NCBI RefSeq assembly: GCF_964355755.1
Contig: NC_092671.1
Span: 1,736,001-1,800,000 of the forward strand
From: Antedon mediterranea
Taxonomy: Eukaryota; Animalia; Echinodermata
Length of the DNA stretch: 64,000 nucleotides
Reading direction: 5' to 3'
Shown piece by piece: positions 53,726-64,000 of the stretch (position 1 is its first letter; each line of letters starts with the position of its first letter). The notes under the pieces were generated by a model. The model did not search any database, had not been told where the DNA came from, and worked only from the letters and a program-made list of their open reading frames with translations. A program made the translations under genes and the position numbers.

Positions 53726-55059
53726 TAGTTAAATGACCTAAACTAAGAATTGTTTATGACTATTGTAATAAAAATAGTATTTTCTTATGTAAAATTGAAA
53801 ATTGTCATAAGGAAATTTAAGGTCAATTTAGGTGAATTTCCTATCTTTACTACACTAAAAATAAAAACAACAAAAAAAGAAATTGTTAAAATGGGTATAT
53901 GGTGAGTGAAAGCACAGTTTTATTATCTAGTGTAGATTATTTTCTATGTTTGTTTTAATCAAGTTTTAGTTTTAGGCATTTCAGGTTGTATCAAATAGTT
54001 TGATGAATATCACCAACAATTCACTGTGAAGCCACTGTACTTGGATCAATCAATTCAAAAAAATATTTTAACAACTTTCTCTATTATTTTTTTTCTTTAG
54101 TATTTTTATTATGTGTGGATTATACAAAATCACAATTATTATGTTAATACCATCATAATTGATTACATATCACAATTATCACCATTATTATATCACCATT
54201 AATTAACCATTGTCATAATTACATATCAAAATATATTTTTAACAAATTACAACTTTAAAAATGAAGTAAAATTACTTTTTCATAATTTTACAGTAAAGCT
54301 ATTGACAATAAAAATAAGAAAATGTATAAAAATATACAAAATAGAAATATATTTTCTGTGTTTCATTAAGTATATTCAATGAAAAATAAGTCTTAGTGGA
54401 TGAAGAGAAGAAATTAGTACATTCATGAAACAAATCACAAACATGCAAACAAAATTGTGGACCAATTGAAAAAAAGAAAACACTTGTAAAATTTACATTA
54501 AAAATTGAATGTGCATCTGTATAATATATGTGTAATAATGCATTGTAAAATCTTTGGATATTTTAGTTAAAATCTAAATGATATCAAAATAATTAATTTT
54601 TTATCTAAAGTAGTTTTATTAAGATTTTAACCTGCTTGTTAGTGGCAATGATTTACTGTTTAATAAATAAAATAAAAAATAAAAAAATAAAATTTAAAAT
54701 TAAAATGTAGTTTATTATTACGATTTACATTTATGAAGATCCAAAGTTTATAAAGATTTTACAAAGCCAAAATTTACATTTAAGATATTAAAATGACGAC
54801 TGTAACAATATTTATGACTTTTAACAACAACTACATATATCTATATAATGTTAATCTTTGTTATTAAAAATACTTGACTACAAAAATAATCACTGCAGAA
54901 CTACAGAATTATTAGCTCTTTTTTCTTTTTGACTTAAAGTCAGGTTTGCAATACACCATGTGTTTCCAAAAGCAACTAAAGTATGGTTGAGAATGTCTTG
55001 ATGTTTCTTCTTTACTTTTCAGATGTTTCTTGATGTTGATAGCCTTGCTACATTCAAAC

Positions 55060-58000
55060 TTAAGGTTTGAAATCTGATGCATGATCAACAAGGCATTTAT
55101 TTTGCCTACACATTTGTAGTAATTCCTTCCACTTGGGGTGTGTTTTAAGCAAGTACTGGTTCCCTGTAAAGAAAAATGTCGTGAGGTAAACCACCAGTGC
55201 ACTTTTTGTAAATTATTCTTATTTCTAATTCTCTCAATCTTTTTAAAAATTGCCAAAACGCATTGTTAGTATTACTATTAGTTGTTTCTTCCTATACAAG
55301 AATTACTTTTGTAAATGAAAAAGGAGCCCAAACCAAAATTAGAGAGCTAACTTCTTTCATAGTACTTACCTATAAGAATGAGTCCTTTCTTGGCCCTGGT
55401 CAGTGCTACATTCATTTGGTTTTCATCAGTTATAAAACCTAAGTTCATCTTCATCCATCGAATACTTGGTCTCTTTTCAATCTCAACTCTTGGTAATGAA
55501 CGTACAGTTGACATGATTACGTAATCACGTTCACTTCCTAGTGGATCGAAAATAAAGTACAGATTAAAGTATTTTTATGTGATTTATGTATGTGGTTTGG
55601 AGTATTGGAGAGCCACTTTGATAGTGCTTGCACTGTTGGCAATCCACAGGGTACTCCATCCACACTTCGTTTGTTAATGTTGTTGTCTGTATACCTGGAA
55701 ATTGAATAAATAAATAAATAAAAAAGTACTCTGGTCAGAGAAGTAAATTTGTCTGTTACTTTTGTCTGTTCATGTCTAACAAGTTCATGTACATATATCA
55801 GAAATTAATTGACCTTGACTGAGAACCACAGTTGAGACTTGAACCTTCTCTATTCCACACACTTTCAGATCATCTCTGATTCGTTGACATTGCAAGCGAT
55901 ACTGCGATAGTATCAAAATATCCTTAGGTTTCACTCCCTTGTCCAGCAGTTTACAAGCAATTCTCACCTACATAAAATTTTAATTGACAACATTTAGTAT
56001 TAAAAGTACAATTTGTATCATAACAGTAATAGTTGTACAAAGATTTAGGCCTATAACTAAATGGTCACTGATCACAAAGCCCATATGTAACAATTAATGC
56101 AAACTTTTATAAACACCACACCCATCAACCACCTCCTCCTGTTTTCATCAAAGTAGATTACTAACCACATGATACACCTCCTGTGGGTTTCTTTTGCTTT
56201 GTTCACCTCCCTCTGAGCTATTAACAGTCAGTGTCTCCTCTTTTCCATACACGTGACAGAACACAGTTGGACAACTGGAACCAGCTGGCCAAAAATTTGT
56301 TTCCCAGTTTTTAATTTTGCGATTTTTAACAGAATCGTCTGTCACCAATTTTTTATCATAGAAAGCGTTTGATGGAAACTCACAGATCTTTTGGTGCTAA
56401 ATAAGAAATGGAAAAATTAAATGTGAGCAAACACTATATATATAATATAAAACAGAATGGCAGCTCTTGCAATATAGGTGCCTCACTAGTAATAAAAATA
56501 CTTTTACTTTCAGTTTTTTATTTATATATTTTTTATGTAAATATAAATTAAAATAGTAGACATATACCATTCTGTACTGTATGGTTAACATCATTGTCTT
56601 TGCCTCATAACGCTCTAGTAGAGATATACCCATACCTAAATCCTCTGCATGCTTCTCTTTAATGATTGGTCTGAAAATTAACAATTATATTATTTAAATA
56701 AAATCCAATACTTGAGACATGAAATTTGGCGAAAATGATGTTGATACTCGATTTACATTAACAAGGTATTTATTAATGTCTTAGCCTTATCAAAATAGGA
56801 GGAGGGGGTTGAGGGCAGGTTTATAGACAAAGCGATTCCAGTTTCAGTCATTTGCTTTCATTCTTACCTCAACTGTTTGTGATCTCCAATAAGTACAACT
56901 TGGTAAGGTGAACACATAACAAGAGGGATAAGAGACTCGGGTTCACTACACATCCCTGCTTCATCTATGATACACTGTATAATACTGCAGTATTCTGGGA
57001 TGAATTTTGAACCAGCTGAATTGCAAGTTGCTAAGATGATTTTATATTTCTTAAGTTCTTCTTCCTGTAATTATTAAGAAGATTCCAATGTTAAAGGTCA
57101 TTTTTGTTTGTTTTGCTAATCAGGCTACGCCATTAATGACTGTACTGTTTATTTTATTTACCAAAGAGAACGTGTAGCACAGTGAACGTTAGACTTCTGA
57201 TTGCGAGATCAGGAGTTTTAGTGCTTGTAGCATCGCTTGTGCCCTTCTTAGCAAAGATGGGTTAAATTTAAATTTACCTTTGCTGAATTTATCAGTTGAT
57301 GATATAATTTTCTTTTTTCTTTAGGAATGACTTCACCTGGTTTCAGTTGTCGAAAATCTCGATCAAACTTGCATATTTCGGTACTCTTAGAATTGTCACC
57401 GGTCCTGATGAGATAGTGTAATGCAATGTTGACATGGTCAGGGTCAGTAGAGGTCAGTATATCAGCTTTTTTTCCAACGTTTTTCTCCCATGGCAATGGA
57501 AAATCTTTCTTCTCAATAGTTTCACTGTAAACTCGAACAATAGATAATCCTGGAAACTTTTTTAAATAACCTAATAAAAAAAAAACATTTACTCTGGTGA
57601 ATTGTAAGCAATAAGATTCATAACATACACCATGAATGCACTGAATTTATATGCATGGCCTACAGCATTCTAAGGACAAGGCAATAAGAAGAAAACTGCT
57701 TGCCTCTAACACTTACAGGCCACAAATAAAACTATATACATTAGTTGTCTGTCTCTTTATGTCTGATTTTCAGTATTTACAAGTATTATATTATCAAATT
57801 ATTAATTACATCATCAGTAAAAAAAGATTACCTGCAACAACATCGACAGACTTGTTAGATGGGCCACAGTAGAGCACCTGTGGCTGCCCTTTACCAGTAG
57901 GTGGTATTTGTGTGTTCATCTCTGAAAAATAGTATGCAAGTTGCGCTCCTGTCACAGATTTTCCAGTTCCTTAAATAAAAATAAAATCTTTAAGCTCTTT

Positions 58001-60893
58001 TGAACACTCAAAAAGTTTACTTGATTAATTTAAAATGATTTCGGGTACAACAATTTTGCCAAAGCTGTCTTTATTGCCTTCTCTTGGACATCATTTGGTG
58101 GTGGCAAATCTACACCTTTTATCTTCCCAACTTTTATTCTTTTTGCAATTTCAACAAGTCTATTATAAATTGAACCTAAAAAGAATAAATGTGTCTTGTT
58201 GAAGATTAATTCAATTATTTTAAATTAGGAAATAGAATTTTAGATATTAATACAACACCATTTTTAAACAATAACATTAATACTCACTATCTTCTTGTCC
58301 TCCCACCTTAAACTTTTTTAAGAAGAACAATATCTCTGTTTAATGAAGATTTATTTTCACTTAGGCCTTTCACAGATCTTTCAAGACGTCTTTGAATAAA
58401 TTAAACAATTGAAATACTGTAATTAATTGGTAAACATTACTAAAAATGATTCACAAATAGACATTTTTCATCAAAACAGGTAAAAGGTATACACTACAGT
58501 TATCCATGCTACCACTACTACTACTAATAATAATAACAATAATAATAATAATCAAAAGTTTATAATGTGCTAATTTCCAAATAAATGATCGAAGGTGCAT
58601 TGTATCCTGAACTTTGCTAACTAAATGCGTTTTTAAAATAATTTTAAATAAATCAAAAGTGGGATGAATGTTTGCAAAAAGGTGGGAGTTTGTTCCAAAG
58701 AGTGATGCAACAAAAAAAATGTGCGTTGAGGAACAAATAGCAATGATTTGTCAGAAGAGCAAAGGCGACGAGATGGAACATATCAAAGAATATATAAGAT
58801 GGACGGACAAAAAATAGAGCTTTAAAAGTTCAAACAAGCATCATGAAGATAAACATTGTTTAATGAAGGTCAGTGATAATCTGGAATGATATGATGACGG
58901 CATGGTGTAAAGTGAATATACTTTCGAAGCACATACTATTTATGAAGGCAGTAATTTATTGTTCAAACTAACTTGTCTGATTCTCCTTGTGGTATGAGCT
59001 CAAGAATACAAAGTGGTTTCTTCTTTAGCTTTGTGGAGATGACACTATGTGGCAGTGTGGGGCTCTTTCCAATGCCAGACTGGTTTAATCTTATTCCAAT
59101 TTCCATCTGTACTTCTTTAACTTTGACATTTCTTATATAGCAATGACCAATCCAAGTACACTTAACTTCAGAGCGATTCTGACTTAGATTTTTGTGTGGT
59201 ATGTCAATACCAGAATAGCGAACACATAAATAATCAGATGGATTAAATCTGAAATTGAATTTTATGAAATATATTAACTTCATATAATTGTATCTCTTCA
59301 GGCATGTCAAGACATTTTAGTACTGCAAGTACAATATATATTATTTGGAACTTTTAGAATTGTAAAAAAATATAAATACCTTATACTTCGGTCCTCACAG
59401 AAATCAGTCGGTAGCTGAAACACACCATTGTAAATCTGTTTATCTGAAACAAATTTCCAATCGATTGATACATTTCGTATGATGAAGGTATCATCTTCAG
59501 ATACAGCATTTGATGCAGATTCCATTGATAGCACTGCCAACCAACGTTCCTGATATGTAGGTATGTCCTCTGCATCTCTGGGTTTCTTATTTGGTAACTG
59601 AGAGAAACATGTAACAGGATCAGAACGATGTTCTAGACATATGTCCAGTTCAGGTGTCAAGTTGAAGAGTTGGATTTTAGGTTCAGGAATTCCTCGTTCA
59701 AATCCTGCCATAAGCTTAACTTCAACCATATGCCCTAGATTATTCAGATGTCACTTTTTTTTTCAACAGTTTCCCATTCTCACTTTTGCCCGTAGTTCTT
59801 TGGTTTTTTCTTTAGTTTTAATTTCTTGGGAAGCAACATACATGGCAGCATGAATTTGATGGATATCATCATCTTCAATTCCAGAAAGAATTTCTTGCCA
59901 ATGAGTACTGTTAAAAGTAACAACAAAACGGTTTGCATCCAGCTCTCGTGTAGAGATTTTTGGTAGAACCTCAGTAGGTTTTGCTTTTGCATCATATATT
60001 CTTTGCTTCCACGTTACAATGATAGTATCATCATTAGCTTCTGGTATTTTTGATGGCTTTAATTTGTTTAAGTCCACAGCATTGTCTGTAATTTGCATAA
60101 ATCTAGGGAAGACAAAGCTAATATTTTTATCAGATGCTTGCTCCACAGTAGATAAACATGAAATTGATATCTCTTTCAACTGTAAAGCCTTCGTCAACAA
60201 CTTTGTCCTTTTTTCAAAAGCTTTAGAATTTGACAATTTAATTGTTGAGTTATAGCAGATGGAACTAATTTGTTGTTCAGTGTAAGGTATGTCTTGTTGG
60301 TTGATAGCTGCATCTATAAGGCGGTGTACAACTATGTCAATGTAACGTCTTATGGGAGATGTAAAGTGGGTATAGAAGTCAATTGATCTTGACCCTTGGA
60401 AATGCTTTGACCAGAACATTTGTAATCTGACTTTTCTTGTATCATGTTGTAATGTGCCATCATTACAGAGAGCTGGATGTTTATTATCAGTACAAACAAT
60501 CTGGATAATCTTCATCATTTCAGCAAGACTGGCATCGGAACCTTGCTTGATATTATTTACAATTTCCACCAACTTGTTCCATTCCTGTGTCAGCATTGTA
60601 ATTGTATTACTTTGTTCACCGCATTTACATACATTATCACAATTACACTGTGAAGAATCAACATAGTCTTTAAACTTCCCTAACATCACTTTACTATTTC
60701 TAATATCAGGTAAGTGTTTGACTTGAAATTCCTGGAGCTTTTCAGGATCAGGTGAAAGTTGCCTTCTGAGTGGCACAGATTGAGGAAATCTTTCCATCAG
60801 ATACTCTGCTACAGCTTTGTTTGCAAGAATTATGAATTCTTCAATCAATGAATGTGCAAGAGGATAAGATACCTCTTCTTCATTTTCATCCTC
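55060..60893 (-). pseudogene. HELZ2-like tandem paralog, 3' half only in this window, disabled
   Basis: Exons colinear with the intact copy: 60893-59380, 59248-58973, 58389-58288, about 58175-58049, 57969-57832, 57570-57278, 57064-56868, 56670-56568, 56396-56166, 55967-55814, 55537-55370, 55163-55060. Lesions: 2-bp deletion near 60475, deletion near 60385, about 50-bp deletion near 59745, in-frame TAA at 58308-58310, loss of the VIQGPPG codons near 58048. Homology stops at 60893. Confidence 0.88.
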
Positions 60894-62495
60894 TCTTTTA
60901 ATTTTTTTTTGGTTATCCTTAGTTGCAGATAACCCTTGTGATTGTAAATATCTTTTTTTTCATCTTCTTCTTTGTTATTAGTTATCCGCTTAGTACATAC
61001 GTACAATAGTTTTGCTTTCATTTTGGACTCAATCGACTCTTTGGATAGGAAGGCTGCTCACAAACTACCGTGTGTGCGATAGGCAGCACAACGAAGCCGA
61101 GACTAGCTGCGATTGACGAATTTTGTTGCTCTATTTCATCAGAGATCATGCAGGTTATTGGATCCCACGATATAGAGAAAATTAAACGAAAACATTATGA
61201 AAGGGGTTTTGCTTTTTCAGTTCATAATTTAATAAGCGGTCGCACCCCTACCCCAACCCAAAAAAGGACAATTTCTGGTAACTTAACAGCTCTAATTTAA
61301 ACAAAATGTTCTCCCAGAGAATTTGTTTTCCATATTTCATATTAAGTTCCATTTGCATCTTAGCAGCCGTATTTTTCTAAATGTTCTTACCTCAGCCCCA
61401 GTGACCATGGGGGTGGGCCGAGGTCCTAGAGACTCTTATTACATTTTTATTTCAAATTAAGTGCCATTTCCGGCCATCGAGCAGCTCTATTTCATTAGAC
61501 GCAGGAGCCCCGGATAGCGTTACGTTTGAAAACCCCAAAAAGTGAGGTTTTCAACCATTAGCGGCATGACTGATGTGAGTGATTAATGTGTTTTACGGAC
61601 GGTTTCAAGGACTATCCTACCAGTGGGCTGTTCACTGGTCAAATGATTGACACTTTGTATCACCGTTTGTAACTGGAGCTGTGACGACCTTTGTAACTGG
61701 AGCTGTGACGACCTTGCAAGAATACTAGGCCAGAATTTTTAATTGAAAAGTGCCTTGGTATTAACAATAACATGGAGATGGAAACAAATTTGTCTATCTT
61801 TCTTTCTAAAATAAATGGTCACTATAGTTTCAAACTAGGCTTAGTCCACCACATTAGTAATTACGAATCGAAACCTAAATTAAAATTGTTGGTATTCTTT
61901 GGCCGTTGTTTGATTAATTACATCTTCATGCCATGTTTTTTTTTTCTCTAATGATTTGGCGATACGCTCCTATATTAATTAGGCCTACTAGCAGAGGGTT
62001 CGTTGAGTTTTGAAAAGTTATGGAAATGTGGTCTAACATATAGCAATTCAGTTTTTTAAGGCCCTTCTTCCTTGTCCGAGCCTTTGGAAATATTAAAAAG
62101 TTATATTAATATAATATATTCTGTGTTTTCATGTTTTGAGAAATTGTATATCATTTCAGATGTTTCGCGCTGCGCTTTTATTTGTTTCGCGCTTCGTCTT
62201 GTTCGAGCTTCCTCCGTACATACCGATAATTAATATGATTTTTCATTTCATTTTTTGTACATTATTAACAAATAGCATACAGAACCCCATACAGAACATA
62301 CCCTTCTCTGAGAAAACACTTGTGGGCGATTCCCCGAATACGACATGATGGAATAGCTTTGGAGACTTTGACTTTGGAGTAGGCCTAAATCGAAACGTCA
62401 AGCAACTCAACAGTTCTTTTCAGAACTAATATAGGCCTACGTGGTGTACCGCAAATTTATATCAACAAATATGTAACTTGTTTAGCACGTTTAAA

Positions 62496-64000
62496 ATGGA
62501 TAGCAAAACATATTTTTAAAAAAAACCTGAATTATTTCAAACAGACAGCACATTAGTTCAAACGGATAGCACAATAGATAGCTCAATCAAATGAATATAA
62601 CTATGATATAACTGTACTGTGCATTCTATACGGATTATCGTGTAGCACATTCTTTCAAATGGATAGCACATTCTTTCAAATGGATAGCACATTCTTTCAA
62701 ATGGATAGCACATTATTTCAAATGGATAGCACATTAGGTAGCACAATCAAATGGATATAGTACTGTACATTATTCTATGATTATCGGGTAGCACATTCTT
62801 TCAAATGGATAGCACATTAGGCCTATTTCAAATGGATAGCACATTCTTTCAAATGGATAGCACATTATTTCAAATGGATAGCACATTATTTCAAATGGAT
62901 AGCACATTATTTCAAATGGATAGCACATTGGGTAGCACAATCAAATAGATATAGTACTGTACATTATTCTATAAGGATTATCGGGTAGCACATTATTTCA
63001 AATGGATAGCACATTAGGTAGCACAGTCAAATGGATATAGTAGGCCTACTGTACATTATTCTATACGGATTATCGGGTAGCACATTCTTTCAAATGGATA
63101 GAGAATTATTTCAAATGGATAGCACATTCTTTCAAATGGATAGCACATTATTTCAAATGGAGCACATTATTTCAAATGGATAGCACATTGGGTAGCACAA
63201 TAGTATATGGATATAGTACTGTACATTATTCTATAAGGATTATCGGGTAGCACATTATTTCAAATGGATAGCACATTAGGTAGCACAATCAAATGGATAT
63301 AATTGTACTGTACATTATTCTATAGCCTACGGATTATCGGGTAGCACATTCTTTCAAATGGATAGCACATTAGGTAGCACAGTCAAATGGATATAGTACT
63401 GTACATTATTCTATAAGGATTATCGGGTAGCACATTTTCAAATGGATAGCACATTAGGCCTATTTCAAATGGATAGCACATTAGGTAGCACAATCAAATG
63501 GATATAATTGTACTGTACATTATTCTATAGCCTACGGATTATCGGGTAGCACATTCTTTCAAATGGATAGCACATTAGGTAGCAAAGTCAAATGGATATA
63601 GTACTGTACATTATTCTATAAGGATTATCGGGTAGCACATTCTTTCAAATGGATAGCACATTAGGTAGCACAATCAAATGGATATAGTACTGTACATTAT
63701 TCTATACGGATTATCGGGTAGCACATTCTTTCAAATGGATAGCACATTCTTTCAAATGGATAGCACATTGGGTAGCACAATCAAATGGATATAGTACTGT
63801 ACTGTACATTATTCTATACGGATTATCGGGTAGCACATTCTTTCAAATGGATAGCACATTCTTTCAAATGGATAGCACATTATTTCAAATGGATAGCACA
63901 TTAGGTAGCACAATCAAATGGATATAATTGTACTGTACATTATTCTATACGGATTATCGGGTAGCACATTCTTTCAAATGGATAGCAAATTATTTCAAAT
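62496..64000. repeat. Complex satellite: 21-bp unit TTTCAAATGGATAGCACATT[C/A] interleaved with a longer derived unit
   Basis: Runs of the 21-mer alternate with GGTAGCACAATCAAATGGATATAGTACTGTACATTATTCTATACGGATTATCGGGTAGCACATT; the array continues to the window edge. Confidence 0.95.

Noticed and set aside
54912-55256. 114-aa minus-strand ORF
   Set aside because: Out-of-frame overlap of the paralog's last exon; the homologous frame stops at 55060.
62496-64000. Repeat-and-spacer appearance suggesting a CRISPR array
   Set aside because: The 'spacers' are themselves repeated and derived from the unit, the context is eukaryotic and there are no cas genes. It is a satellite.

Overview
AT-rich, intron-containing metazoan DNA. 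It is probably an invertebrate deuterostome, possibly an echinoderm (inferred from a Deu/Nin-type SINE and frequent TAGGCCTA motifs). Roughly 1-23 kb is repeat-rich and has no recognisable gene. RPL36A/eL42 (+, 5 coding exons, TCT/5'TOP start) lies at 23.9-26.2 kb. Convergent with it is an apparently intact HELZ2-like gene with 21 coding exons (-, 49574..26901, about 2964 aa by manual splicing). Its predicted architecture is tandem death effector domains, a TRADD-N-like domain, zinc fingers, an SF1 helicase, an RNB exoribonuclease and a second SF1 helicase. This death-fold plus RNA helicase/nuclease fusion is the main candidate for an undescribed system. One of its introns holds a full-length Ty3/gypsy element with atypical TG...AA ends and a truncated LINE. 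A decayed tandem paralog lies upstream (55.1-60.9 kb), and a complex satellite runs to the window end. MITEs, Kolobok-like and Helitron-like elements, SINEs and a solo LTR are also present. All domain calls come from motif recognition by eye; no database searches were run.
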